This document shows, in pieces, positions 30,783 to 40,686 of a stretch of DNA of 64,000 bases (position 1 is its first letter; every line of letters starts with the position of its first letter). This stretch comes from Patescibacteria group bacterium (lineage in GTDB: Bacteria; Patescibacteriota; Patescibacteriia; UBA10025; JBIOWE01). Below the pieces are notes generated by a model. That model was given only the letters and a program-made list of their open reading frames with translations, made no database searches and was not told the origin of the DNA. Position numbers and translations under genes: made by a program. The stretch is from the NCBI GenBank assembly GCA_044868145.1, contig JBIOWE010000004.1, forward strand, positions 73,395 through 137,394, given 5' to 3'.

Positions 30783-31445
30783 ATGTTCGACGACGTTCGC
30801 CCACAAAATCCCCAACCCCAAGGATCAGATGGACAAAAAGACTGGGGTCCATTCCAGCCTAAGCGGTCCGCACCCTCGTCCTATGCCTACCAGCAAGTGC
30901 CCGGATCTTCTGGCCCAATGCCACCGCCTCCTATGGAAACGATACCGCGGTATATCCCCGAACAATCACCTATGAATGCTGAACCCCCAAAACCAAGCAG
31001 GAGAAAGTTCATCGTGATCGGACTCATTATCCTTGCCGTGCTTATCGTCCTAGTCGCTGGCGCCGCTGTGGCGTTGAACTACTTTAGCAAAAATAAGAAC
31101 GCGAACGGCAACGCCAATACAAACGTCACGAATACCGTATCGAATACGAATACGCGTAATACCAACCAGGCAACGAACCTGAACACGAACGCCGCGGCGA
31201 ACCGGAATGGCAACACGAATCTGAATGCCAACGCAAACGCGAACACCAATAGCGTGTTGAACACGAACACATCGGCGAATGCGAATGTAAGCGCAACTGC
31301 AGACCCCGACCTTGACGGGCTCACGAATTCCCAAGAAGCCATCTATGGCACAAATCCAAATGACCCGGATTCGGACGACGACGGCTATCTGGACGGCGTT
31401 GAAGTCAATAGCGGGTACAATCCTCTAGGCCCAGGGAAACTCTAA
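30783..31445 (+). CDS. Membrane-anchored Asn/Thr-rich low-complexity protein with C-terminal TSP type-3-like calcium-binding repeats
   Basis: Single transmembrane helix, about 70 residues of N/T/A repeats, and a C terminus DPDLDGLTNSQE...NPNDPDSDDDGYLDGVEV. Confidence 0.5.
   Translation: MFDDVRPQNPQPQGSDGQKDWGPFQPKRSAPSSYAYQQVPGSSGPMPPPPMETIPRYIPEQSPMNAEPPKPSRRKFIVIGLIILAVLIVLVAGAAVALNYFSKNKNANGNANTNVTNTVSNTNTRNTNQATNLNTNAAANRNGNTNLNANANANTNSVLNTNTSANANVSATADPDLDGLTNSQEAIYGTNPNDPDSDDDGYLDGVEVNSGYNPLGPGKL
31095..31300 (+). repeat. Cryptic hexanucleotide (AAY-RCN)n repeats encoding the Asn/Thr-rich tract
   Basis: Repeated aacacgaac, aacgccaat and aatgcgaat units visible in the sequence. Confidence 0.6.
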
Positions 31446-31460
31446 CCCAAACGTCAATCA

Positions 31461-31490
31461 AAAACCCCTTGGAATCACCGAGGGGTTTTA
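31461..31490. terminator. Bidirectional terminator between the TSP3-repeat gene (+) and the hydrolase gene (-)
   Basis: Stem aaacccct/aggggttt, with an A run upstream and a T run downstream. Confidence 0.6.
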
Positions 31491-31496
31491 TGTTGC

Positions 31497-32651
31497 TTAC
31501 TTTTGCTCCGCTTGCTCCTCTTTACGCCATTTGTCGAGCATGACAAGAATACGGGTGCTAAACTGTTCCGCCCAATACGTCATGGAGGCGTGTGTGCCTG
31601 GACCAAGTGAAGTTTCAACTTTTTTGGCTCGTTTCGCGTGCTTGGGTATTTCTTCAATACTTTTTCCTGACGGAAACAACCTGTCTTCCTCGGAATGGAT
31701 CACGCCAATGTTAGCCTGAACATTCTCAATATCATTGAGAATCCCCCCTTTATGCAGAAGACCTACTTCTGCAAGGCGTTGCGGAATTCGGTCAGGACGC
31801 CAATTCTTTGCACTGTCTTTCGTTAATTTTTTATAACGGTCCATAATTTTCTGAAACTCTGGAATTTGTTCTCCCGTCTTAGGAAAAGTCTTTTTGCGTC
31901 GTTGGAGAAAGGCAATGTCACTTCCCATTGACCTTGGCGACCTGCTTGCAAGACTAAAAAACGACTCTGCCTCCACACTCGCAGGGTTAAGTAAAAAAAG
32001 ATTTGAAACAGAATCCGGATACTGCTTTGCAAATTTTGCCGCGATGGTTGCGCCCATTGACCCTCCCACGATCGTGAGACGATCGGTTGTCAGTCGTTTT
32101 CTTGCCATTTGCTCATCTCCTCGTATCTTATTCACCAGCCCGCCGATTATTTCCGTTTGGTGTTCAAAAAGCCTTCCATCAGTAAGCCATTTAAGTGGCG
32201 CATTACTGGATTCACCAAAACCCGGCAACGACATGACGATAACCCGTTTTCCTCCCTGAACTGCGAGATAGGTGCCAATATCCTCAAATTGATGATGTGA
32301 ACCCGGAAAGCCCGAAATAACAACGACTGTTTCATTTCCAACTTCGTCCGGCAGTATCGGCTCATTCAAGTCATGAGCATCGAGAATGCGATATCCCACT
32401 TTGTGTTTTCTCCCGTCCTCTGTGTCTAAACTCTGAAAGCGTTGTCGCTCAAGCTGCTCCTCAACACGTTCGAATCGCTCCTTCCACACACCTTCTAATT
32501 GTCCTTCGAGCGGAGGAATCGCTTCTTGAGAGACGAACCCTTCCTCAAACCCTTCCTCCGGCCTTGAGGAAACCTTCTTGAACTTTGGCTTCTCTTCTTC
32601 CGGAAGCTCTTCGTACCGTTCGTATTTTGTCGGGTCAAATCGTTCTTGCAT
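31497..32651 (-). CDS. Alpha/beta hydrolase fold protein
   Basis: Nucleophile elbow GGSMG and an HG-type oxyanion region. The N-terminal 90 residues are strongly charged. Confidence 0.55.
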   Translation of the reverse strand: MQERFDPTKYERYEELPEEEKPKFKKVSSRPEEGFEEGFVSQEAIPPLEGQLEGVWKERFERVEEQLERQRFQSLDTEDGRKHKVGYRILDAHDLNEPILPDEVGNETVVVISGFPGSHHQFEDIGTYLAVQGGKRVIVMSLPGFGESSNAPLKWLTDGRLFEHQTEIIGGLVNKIRGDEQMARKRLTTDRLTIVGGSMGATIAAKFAKQYPDSVSNLFLLNPASVEAESFFSLASRSPRSMGSDIAFLQRRKKTFPKTGEQIPEFQKIMDRYKKLTKDSAKNWRPDRIPQRLAEVGLLHKGGILNDIENVQANIGVIHSEEDRLFPSGKSIEEIPKHAKRAKKVETSLGPGTHASMTYWAEQFSTRILVMLDKWRKEEQAEQK

Positions 32652-32669
32652 CGGATGATCCAGTATATT

Positions 32670-33500
32670 CTATTTTTGCCGCTTAGACAACCGCCATGTA
32701 TTCCAAAGGAGCATCGCCACGGTCATCGGGCCCACGCCGCCGGGTACGGGCGTTACATATCCCGCTTTGCTCTTGACGGATGCAAGGTCAACGTCACCAA
32801 ACAGGCGCTTGCCTCGCTTCGTGAAACCAACGTCAACGAGTATTGCTCCGCGTTTGATCATTGACCCTTTAATAGCATGCGGCTTCCCCATAGCGGATAC
32901 AATAAGATGAGCTTGTCGCGTCGCTTTTTGATAGCCGCCATCGCGCGCAATGGCAAACGATACCTTCCATCCTTTGCGGTTCAGCAATGCGGCAAGCGGT
33001 TCAGCAAACAACCTACTGTTTGCCAAGACAACGGCGCGTTTTCCTTTGGGGGAAACACCCGACTCGCCGATAAGTCGCAGTATGCCGAGAAAGACACCGG
33101 GAATTATTGACGGCTTTCCCGCCAATAGACGTTGCATATTCACGGGATGAAAGCCATCAACGTCTTTTCTCGGGTCAATCATGGACACGATATGGTCCGC
33201 ATTCAAGTGCTTTGGTAGCGGCAATTGTACCAAAACGCCATGGATGTGTGGATTTTGATTCAATCGGCTAATAATCAAGCGAATCCGGGATTCGGTGGTG
33301 ATTTCTGGCAAAACGTATTTTTGAAAAAGTATCCCAACGTCTTTGGCACCTTGTTCCTTCAGACGAACGTACGTATGCGATGCGGGGTTGTTGCCAATCA
33401 GAAGAATGGCCAGGCCTGGTTTTCGCCTTTGACCGCTATTTTTTGCTTTCAGTTGCTTGCGAATCTGTTGACTCAATACTGTACCATTGAGGAGTTTCAT
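32670..33500 (-). CDS. folD: Bifunctional methylenetetrahydrofolate dehydrogenase / methenyl-THF cyclohydrolase
   Basis: 276 aa. NADP-binding GRS..VG motifs and the FolD family pattern PGLAILLIGNNPAS. Confidence 0.9.
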   Translation of the reverse strand: MKLLNGTVLSQQIRKQLKAKNSGQRRKPGLAILLIGNNPASHTYVRLKEQGAKDVGILFQKYVLPEITTESRIRLIISRLNQNPHIHGVLVQLPLPKHLNADHIVSMIDPRKDVDGFHPVNMQRLLAGKPSIIPGVFLGILRLIGESGVSPKGKRAVVLANSRLFAEPLAALLNRKGWKVSFAIARDGGYQKATRQAHLIVSAMGKPHAIKGSMIKRGAILVDVGFTKRGKRLFGDVDLASVKSKAGYVTPVPGGVGPMTVAMLLWNTWRLSKRQK

Positions 33501-33604
33501 TCTGCTCTGCGGTTAGCCAAGATTGTTAAAAAAAATTGACAGTGATTTGCTATATGATACGATACAAGTCCAACAAGGGAGGGCTTCACAAATAGGAGGG
33601 TAAC

Positions 33605-34018
33605 ATGAAAATTACCGTTCGGTACCCGTTACAAGAGGTTAGTGGAGTTGCCTCGCCTGAATGGCTAAAAAAACAGCAAGAAGATGGTAATGTCCGGCTT
33701 GAGCCAGACGGCACAAAAACAGTTCTTTACGAAATCACATCTCTAGAAGACGTCCCTGCGGTTCTCAAAAAGATTGAGCCCATTGAAGTGAAATACATCG
33801 ACCAGCTTGACGCTGAGTCCATAATCATTGCCGGTGACTACATGGACGAATCGACTGACACACGCGGAACAGTTGTTCCTAAGTCTCAGTCGCTTTACAT
33901 CGAAATTATGGGCCCAACTGTCGCGGGGGTCAAAAAGCTCATCAAGCAAATCTTACTGAAACAGATAGTCCCAACGAGGAAATTTGTTTCGCACAGTCCA
34001 TACGACAGACCCGAGTAA
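33605..34018 (+). CDS. Hypothetical protein (137 aa)
   Basis: Ribosome-binding site GGAGGG 4 nt before the ATG. No recognised family. Confidence 0.45.
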   Translation: MKITVRYPLQEVSGVASPEWLKKQQEDGNVRLEPDGTKTVLYEITSLEDVPAVLKKIEPIEVKYIDQLDAESIIIAGDYMDESTDTRGTVVPKSQSLYIEIMGPTVAGVKKLIKQILLKQIVPTRKFVSHSPYDRPE

Positions 34019-34051
34019 ACTCCACAAAGGGATGGCAAACTGCCGTCCCTT

Positions 34052-35335
34052 TTATTTTTGATGAACAGGAAGTTTCTTTGTTAATTCGGCAACGCGCTTT
34101 TGGACTTCTTGTTTCACCGACTCTTTCTTTGAATTGTGAATCGTCTGGGCAATAAGCTCACCAACTTCTTCCATTTCTTTTTCCTTAAACCCCCGCGTAG
34201 TCAGCGCCGGCGTACCGAGCCGGATGCCTGATGGATCCATTGGCTTACGCTGGTCAAAAGGGATCGTATTTTTATTCACAGTGATACCGACTTCGTCGAG
34301 CAGGGTTTCCGCTTCCGCTCCGGACATTTGTTTATTGGAAAGATCAATTAAAATTAAGTGGTTATCGGTTCCACCGGTGATGAGCTTAAAATCATGCTCA
34401 AGAAGCTTTGCGGCAAGTGCTTTTGCATTTTTTACGATTTGCTGACCGTATTGCTTAAAGGATTTCTCCGACGCTTCTTTCAAACACACGGCGATAGCAG
34501 CGGTTTGATGGTTATGGGGCCCGCCTTGCAACCCTGGAAATACCGCACGATCAATAAGGTCAGCCAGGTCCCACTTGGAGTCCTTATGGTACTGCTCTTT
34601 TAAGCGATCCGCTCTATGAGGGCATAAAAGCATTGCCCCGCGCGGACCGCGCAGGGTTTTATGCGTGGTGGTCATTAAAACGTCGGCATACGGCGTCGCG
34701 GCCATGTGAACGCCGGCAATGATTAACCCTGCGATATGCGAAATATCTGCGAGAAAATATGCGTCAACGTCTTCGGCTATACTGCGAAACTGCCTAAAAT
34801 CGATTTCGCGAGGATATGCGGTTGCGCCGGCGATAATCAATTTGGGACGCTCTTTTTTCGCAAGCTCACGCGCCGCGTCATAATCAATGAGGTGTGTTTG
34901 CTGATCAACGCCATACGGAACCGAATGATAATACTTGCCGGAAAAACTCACTTTCCAGCCATGCGTGAGATGCCCGCCATGCGGTAGACTCAAGCCCATT
35001 ACTTTATCGCCCGGCTCCAAAAGTCCCATATAAACCGCATGGTTCGCGGGCGAACCAGAATAGGGCTGGACATTTGCATGCTCCGTGCCAAACAAATTTT
35101 TTGCGCGATTCTGCGCCAATGCTTCAATCTCATCGATGTACTGATTGCCCCCGTAATACCGCTTGCCCGGATACCCTTCGGAGTACTTGTTCGTGAGCGG
35201 CGTCCCAAGCGCTTCTAAAACGCCTTCGGAAACGTAATTTTCCGAGGGGATCATCTCAAGCCCCTCTTGCTGGCGCGTCAGTTCTTTCTTGATCCATTGC
35301 GCGAGCGACGGATCAACTCGGTCGAGTGTTTTCAT
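34052..35335 (-). CDS. glyA: Serine hydroxymethyltransferase
   Basis: PLP-dependent SHMT motifs (IPSENYVSEGVLEA, TTHKTLRGPRG). Start placed at MKTLDRV. Confidence 0.9.
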   Translation of the reverse strand: MKTLDRVDPSLAQWIKKELTRQQEGLEMIPSENYVSEGVLEALGTPLTNKYSEGYPGKRYYGGNQYIDEIEALAQNRAKNLFGTEHANVQPYSGSPANHAVYMGLLEPGDKVMGLSLPHGGHLTHGWKVSFSGKYYHSVPYGVDQQTHLIDYDAARELAKKERPKLIIAGATAYPREIDFRQFRSIAEDVDAYFLADISHIAGLIIAGVHMAATPYADVLMTTTHKTLRGPRGAMLLCPHRADRLKEQYHKDSKWDLADLIDRAVFPGLQGGPHNHQTAAIAVCLKEASEKSFKQYGQQIVKNAKALAAKLLEHDFKLITGGTDNHLILIDLSNKQMSGAEAETLLDEVGITVNKNTIPFDQRKPMDPSGIRLGTPALTTRGFKEKEMEEVGELIAQTIHNSKKESVKQEVQKRVAELTKKLPVHQK

Positions 35336-35446
35336 AGATTGCTCTTCCCATTGTACAGGAAAAAAACTGCCCGCGCAAAAAAGTGAAAATTGAGTTTTTC
35401 CTTTTGTATGATACAATAATGGATGCATGGAATCATGTTAACACCT

Positions 35447-36601
35447 ATGAAAAAATATATCTTTCTCGCGATCCTTATGGCGGTAAGTCTGTTGCCCGGC
35501 AAGGCGCTTGCGGGCGATCTTGAAAACACCTTGCGCGAGAATATTCTTCTTGGAGCAGAAGACGTTGTGGAAGATAACTACGTCCGGGTCGGTCATAACG
35601 TGACCATTGACGGCGATGTTCACGGTGATGTGATTGTTATCGCGAACAGCCTGACCGTTAACGGCAGCGTGAGCGGTGACGTGCTCGCAGCCGCGGCGAC
35701 AATACGCATACGTGGCCCAGTTGCCGGCAATGTGCGCGTTGCAGGCAACATCATTGAAATCGACAATGCGATCGGAAAGAATCTTAGTGTCGCCGGCGCG
35801 AACGTGACCATCACAGAGAAAGGCAGCGTCGGTTGGAGTGTCGCGTTTGGCGCGGCGGATATGACGGTACGAGGCCCAGTCGCCGGCGGGATTCACGGCT
35901 ACGGCAATACTGTTGCGCTCGCGAGTGACATTGGCACGAATGCCAACATCCAAATCATCGAAAACGGTTTACTCACCATTGATAATGGTGCAAAAATTCA
36001 CGGAGATGTAACCTATACCGGGACGCAATCCGCGCTCATTAAGGACGGTGCGTCCGTCGCAGGTGCTGTAGTGCATAAGCTCCCACAGACAAAGGTAACC
36101 AAGGCGCGATCATTCCTCAACCACTCGTGGTTGTTATTCAGAGTGCTTGGATTGCTGAGCTTTCTGCTTGTTGGGCTTGTTCTGGTGACTCTTTTCCCGA
36201 AGCAGGTAATAAAAATAACAGATGCTATCTGGCAGCGTCCGTGGCACACGCTTTTGTTTGGGCTTTTGTATCTTATCGTTAGCCCAATTGTTATCGCGCT
36301 TCTGTTCGCCACGATCATCGGTATTCCGCTCGCCTTTGTGGCCCTTATGCTGTACTTTGTTATCCTGTATCTTGCGCCGATTATGACTGGCACGCTCATT
36401 GGTGGCCGACTCATCGGTCTGGCACAAAATAATAAACCTTCTCGTCTTGCCCTCGCGATGTTCATTGGCACAACTCTTGTCTACCTTGCTTCCACAATCC
36501 CCTATATCGGTTGGTTCCTGTATCTTCTGGCGATAGTTTGGGCATTCGGTACCTTGCAGAAGGAGCCTGTCTCGCCAACCGCTGCTACATGGAAAAAATG
36601 A
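35447..36601 (+). CDS. Signal-peptide protein with a bactofilin-like (polymer-forming, beta-helical) repeat domain and a C-terminal 4 to 5 helix membrane domain
   Basis: Repeated G-D-V/V-x-G-x-V motifs over about 180 aa, e.g. GDVHGDVIVIANSLTVNGSVSGDV and IRIRGPVAGNVRVAGNI. N-terminal signal peptide; hydrophobic C terminus. Confidence 0.5.
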   Translation: MKKYIFLAILMAVSLLPGKALAGDLENTLRENILLGAEDVVEDNYVRVGHNVTIDGDVHGDVIVIANSLTVNGSVSGDVLAAAATIRIRGPVAGNVRVAGNIIEIDNAIGKNLSVAGANVTITEKGSVGWSVAFGAADMTVRGPVAGGIHGYGNTVALASDIGTNANIQIIENGLLTIDNGAKIHGDVTYTGTQSALIKDGASVAGAVVHKLPQTKVTKARSFLNHSWLLFRVLGLLSFLLVGLVLVTLFPKQVIKITDAIWQRPWHTLLFGLLYLIVSPIVIALLFATIIGIPLAFVALMLYFVILYLAPIMTGTLIGGRLIGLAQNNKPSRLALAMFIGTTLVYLASTIPYIGWFLYLLAIVWAFGTLQKEPVSPTAATWKK

Positions 36602-37932
36602 TTCCCGAGAAAATCTTCAAAGCATACGACATTCGCGGCATCTACCCCACAGAACTGAACCCAGACGTCGCATATAGTGTCGGGCAGGCGTACGCGCAAT
36701 TAACAGACGCGCGTCGCGTTGTCGTTGGTCGCGACATGCGCCTCGGATCGCCGGAGCTTGCGAAAAAACTCATTGAAGGAATTACCAGTCAAGGCGTAAA
36801 CGTGGATGATATTGGCATGGTACCTATTGACGCGGTTTATTTTGCGCTCGGCAAATTCAAATACGATGGCGGAGTCATGGTGACCGCTTCACACAACCCG
36901 AAAGAGTACAACGGATTCAAAATGGCAATACGCGGCAAGGGTATCGAGTACATTCGCGGCACAGAGCTCCTTGCCTTCCTTAAGGGCAAACACTTTGATA
37001 CAAAGAAAAAACCGGGCAATCGCCAAGAGCGAAACATTCTGGATGAATACATACGGCACGTCGTGTCGTTCGCTGACGTAAATAAAGTAAAGCCGTTTAC
37101 CATCGTCGTGGACGCCGGCAACGGCATGGCCGGCAAAGTCATGCCTCGCCTGTTTGAACAATTACCATGTAAACTTGTTCCTTTGAACTTCGAACTAGAC
37201 GGCAATTTTCCCAGCCACCCGTCAAATCCGCTACTGCCAGAATCACGTGTACAATTACACAAAGCTGTTCTACACGAACACGCTGACTTCGGCGTGATCA
37301 TGGACGGCGACACAGACAGGTTATTTTTTATCACGGAACAAGGTGAGTTTATCCGCGCAGACACGACGCTCCTTTTACTTGCACAATATTTTCTCAACGC
37401 TCATCCCGGCGCGGGAATCGCCTATAACGTGATTTGCAGCAAAGCCGTTCCGGAAAAAATTCGCGCCTGGGGTGGCAAACCGATTCGCACTGCCGTGGGG
37501 TTCGTCAATGTCTCACAAGGCATGCGCGACCATGGCGGGATAATGGGCGGTGAAGTTTCCGCACACTACTCGTTCCGGGATAACTATTTTGCCGATTCCG
37601 GCTTTATTGCTTTCGCCCTCCTCCTGATGCTCATTTCCGACCAAAACAAACCACTCTCCAGGCTTGTTGAAGGATTGAACCCGTACTTTCGGTCGGATGA
37701 AATAAATATCGAAATTGCGAATATTCCTCAAAAAATAGAAGCGGTAAGAAAGCGCTTCCACGACGGTAAACAGGATGAATTAGACGGGCTGACGGTTGAG
37801 TATGAAGACTGGTGGTTTAACGTGCGCCCGTCGAACACGGAACCGCTCTTGCGGATTACCGTTGAAGCAAACATAAAAACGATGATGGAACAAAAAAGTG
37901 AGGAGCTTGTTGCATTCATTAAAGGAGCATGA
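36598..37932 (+). CDS. Phosphoglucomutase / phosphomannomutase
   Basis: Active-site motif TASHNP and a Mg-binding DGDTDR motif. The start overlaps the previous stop codon (ATGA). Confidence 0.85.
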   Translation: MIPEKIFKAYDIRGIYPTELNPDVAYSVGQAYAQLTDARRVVVGRDMRLGSPELAKKLIEGITSQGVNVDDIGMVPIDAVYFALGKFKYDGGVMVTASHNPKEYNGFKMAIRGKGIEYIRGTELLAFLKGKHFDTKKKPGNRQERNILDEYIRHVVSFADVNKVKPFTIVVDAGNGMAGKVMPRLFEQLPCKLVPLNFELDGNFPSHPSNPLLPESRVQLHKAVLHEHADFGVIMDGDTDRLFFITEQGEFIRADTTLLLLAQYFLNAHPGAGIAYNVICSKAVPEKIRAWGGKPIRTAVGFVNVSQGMRDHGGIMGGEVSAHYSFRDNYFADSGFIAFALLLMLISDQNKPLSRLVEGLNPYFRSDEINIEIANIPQKIEAVRKRFHDGKQDELDGLTVEYEDWWFNVRPSNTEPLLRITVEANIKTMMEQKSEELVAFIKGA

Positions 37933-38594
37933 TTCGCGCGATTATTTTTGATCTCGACGGCGTGATTGTGGATTCAGAGCCTTTATGGGAAAATGCCATG
38001 CGAATACATCTCTTGCGATACGGTATTCATGCCAATCGAGACAAAAAAACCGAACGGTTTATCAGCAAATACATTCGTGGAAGAAGTGAAAAGGAAGGAA
38101 TTGCTTCATTAAAAAAACATTTTGGCCTGCGTGGATCATACAAAAAGATTCTCAAGGAAAGATTAAGAATTCTTTTTCAAATCTTTGACCGGGAATTGAA
38201 AGAAATCCCAGGAGCTATCTCATTGATCAAGAAACTTCATGCAAATGGCTATCCACTCATACTTGCGTCATCCTCTCCTGAACCAGCCATTCGGTACATT
38301 TTGCTTAGATACAAATTGAGAAAATATTTCAAAGCGGTAATTTCTGGTGAAAATTTTAAAAAGGGGAAACCGCACCCGGACATATTCCTTGCATGTGCCA
38401 AGATTTTTAAAGAAAAACCAAGCAGTATCCTTGTCATTGAGGATTCCATCAGTGGCGTCGCAGCGGCGCACCGCGCGGGCATGGTATGCATTGCCCTGAA
38501 GCAGCCATACACGCCGAGAAAAGATTTACAAAGCGCGTATAAAATCATAGGGGCTCTTAAAGAAATTACCCTTTCGTTAATTCAAGCAATCTAA
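37929..38594 (+). CDS. HAD-superfamily hydrolase (beta-phosphoglucomutase-like, subfamily IA)
   Basis: Motif I DLDGVIVDSE and the later HAD motifs. Overlaps the PGM/PMM gene by 4 nt. Confidence 0.75.
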   Translation: MIRAIIFDLDGVIVDSEPLWENAMRIHLLRYGIHANRDKKTERFISKYIRGRSEKEGIASLKKHFGLRGSYKKILKERLRILFQIFDRELKEIPGAISLIKKLHANGYPLILASSSPEPAIRYILLRYKLRKYFKAVISGENFKKGKPHPDIFLACAKIFKEKPSSILVIEDSISGVAAAHRAGMVCIALKQPYTPRKDLQSAYKIIGALKEITLSLIQAI

Positions 38595-38605
38595 ATCAAA
38601 AAAGA

Positions 38606-38644
38606 GAAAAGAGAGCGTTCGAGTATTCGTCGCTCTCTTTTATT
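38606..38644. terminator. Bidirectional terminator between the HAD gene (+) and the acyltransferase gene (-)
   Basis: 9-bp stem aagagagcg/cgctctctt, flanked by an A run and a T run. Confidence 0.65.
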
Positions 38645-39533
38645 GTTGATGATGCTGCCTTCGCAATTCCTTAAGTTTTTCAGCGCAAGTCTCCATCACG
38701 CCTTCACGACTCTTTTCACAGTCGAAGTGCAAGTCATCAAGCACGATAAGTAGATTTCGCCTGCCGGCATTTACCCATCCCTCCTGACGGGATTCAACCT
38801 GCTGCAGCCCTTCGTGATAGGCAACGAGAACCGTGGAGCTGTTGTTAACCGCCCAATAGCCGATGCCAGCGCTCAATTCACGTCCAAACTTTCCAGATTC
38901 GAGAAATTGGGTATCCCGACCCCGCGTAATAAACACCAGTGCCGTGTTACGACGAATGTCTCGATTAATCCGAGCGGCGAGGTGAGGATCGCGTCTACCT
39001 TTTTTGACAGGGTACACACGCATCAGCCGCATCGCCATGGTCATGCCGAGGTTCATGCATACATTTAAGCCATATTCGACGAAACTCCGTTCAAGAATTC
39101 TTGCGAGCCATCCACCGCGTGCCGCGCCTTTACGAATCCAACGTCGCGGGAGGTCTGGTGAAAAGTAATTTTCCACCGCGGCAAGGTGAATTGGAATCAG
39201 ACTTGGGCGAAGATACGCAAGGGGGTAAAAAAGGAGAACCGAGAGAAAAAATGAATCGAGGAGTGTGAGGTGGTTGGCGGTGATGATGGTGTTCACGCTC
39301 AACCGCTTGCCCGTGCATATGACAAGCCGCGGCCGATGATACAAACAGAAATAGCAAAAAGCAAGCGGAGCGACAAGGAAACATGACCAAAGATAAACCA
39401 GAATGTGGGTGGGTGGCCATAATAACCAGCGAATCTCTGAGAGCAGCAGATGCGGTCGCTCGACAATGTAGACAAACTCGCGCACAAACCGTTTGCCGGC
39501 ATCCATGAAAAAAGACCAATGACTATTTTGCAA
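38640..39533 (-). CDS. 1-acyl-sn-glycerol-3-phosphate acyltransferase (PlsC)-like membrane protein
   Basis: The HX4D acyltransferase motif NHLTLLD, plus N-terminal transmembrane helices. Confidence 0.5.
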   Translation of the reverse strand: MQNSHWSFFMDAGKRFVREFVYIVERPHLLLSEIRWLLWPPTHILVYLWSCFLVAPLAFCYFCLYHRPRLVICTGKRLSVNTIITANHLTLLDSFFLSVLLFYPLAYLRPSLIPIHLAAVENYFSPDLPRRWIRKGAARGGWLARILERSFVEYGLNVCMNLGMTMAMRLMRVYPVKKGRRDPHLAARINRDIRRNTALVFITRGRDTQFLESGKFGRELSAGIGYWAVNNSSTVLVAYHEGLQQVESRQEGWVNAGRRNLLIVLDDLHFDCEKSREGVMETCAEKLKELRRQHHQQ

Positions 39534-39642
39534 AGAGCACCTCCTTTTGTTTGTTCCGTTATCTTAGCAGGTCTTTCGAAAAAAACAAGCGTAATAACCC
39601 CATCGTTCGCAATGGAGCTTCCTGGAGGATGGGGACTACGTG

Positions 39643-40665
39643 TTACGAAGTTTTTGCGTTCTGCAAAACGTCGGAGCGGATTTGATCAATCAACGACCTG
39701 TGTTCACGCAAATATTGTTTTGCTTGTTCCAACCCGACCCCAAGCTTTGTTTCTTTATAACTAAACGTATTGCCGGACTTTGCGACCGCGCCGAACCTCA
39801 CGCCTGTCTCCAAGGCGTCTTCAGGAATCCCGATGCCTTCGTTGAACATAATCGTAAACTCGGCCGTTTTGAAGGGCGGCGCCACCTTGTTTTTCACAAT
39901 CTTCGCGCGCACTTTGTTACCCACGACGTCGTCCCCTTTCTTAATTTGGCCGACGCGGCGGATTTCAATGCGCACGGATGAATAAAATTTCAGCGCGTTT
40001 CCGCCTGGCGTTGTTTCCGGATTACCGAAAAACACGCCGATTTTCATGCGAATTTGATTAATGAAAATAACCACGGTTTTTGTTTTGCTGACGATGGCGG
40101 CAAGTTTTCGCAGCGCCTGGCTCATGAGACGCGCCTGCAACCCCATGTGCTGGTCGCCCATCTCGCCCTCAATCTCCGCTCTTGGTGTGAGCGCGGCCAC
40201 CGAGTCAATAACGACGACATCGACGCCGTTTGAACGTACGAGCGTTTCCACTATTTCCAGCGCCTGCTCCCCGGTGTCTGGCTGGGAAATAAGCAATTCA
40301 TCAACGTTAACGCCGATTTTGCGTGCGTATTCGGGGTCGAGCGCGTGCTCCGCGTCTACGAATGCTGTCACGCCGCCCGTGCGCTGCGCCTGCGCAACAA
40401 CATGGTTCGCGAGCGTCGTTTTTCCGGAAGACTCAGGCCCGTAAATTTCAACTACACGGCCGCGCGGCAGTCCGCCGGCGCCGAGCGCCAGGTCAAGCGA
40501 AAGACAGCCCGTCGATATCGTCTCAACGTGCATGGTCTTTGACTCACCGAGTCGCATAATAGAGCCGTCGCCGAACCTGTCTTTAATTTGTTCGACGGCT
40601 TGCTGAGCCATTTTCGATCGATCCGATAATTTTGACTTCAGCGCCGTCTCTTTTTCTTTTGCCAT
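39643..40665 (-). CDS. recA: Recombinase RecA
   Basis: Walker [12 protein letters not shown], with L1 and L2 loop regions. Length is 340 aa. Confidence 0.95.
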   Translation of the reverse strand: MAKEKETALKSKLSDRSKMAQQAVEQIKDRFGDGSIMRLGESKTMHVETISTGCLSLDLALGAGGLPRGRVVEIYGPESSGKTTLANHVVAQAQRTGGVTAFVDAEHALDPEYARKIGVNVDELLISQPDTGEQALEIVETLVRSNGVDVVVIDSVAALTPRAEIEGEMGDQHMGLQARLMSQALRKLAAIVSKTKTVVIFINQIRMKIGVFFGNPETTPGGNALKFYSSVRIEIRRVGQIKKGDDVVGNKVRAKIVKNKVAPPFKTAEFTIMFNEGIGIPEDALETGVRFGAVAKSGNTFSYKETKLGVGLEQAKQYLREHRSLIDQIRSDVLQNAKTS

Positions 40666-40686
40666 AAGTTTGCTATAGGTAGTGTA

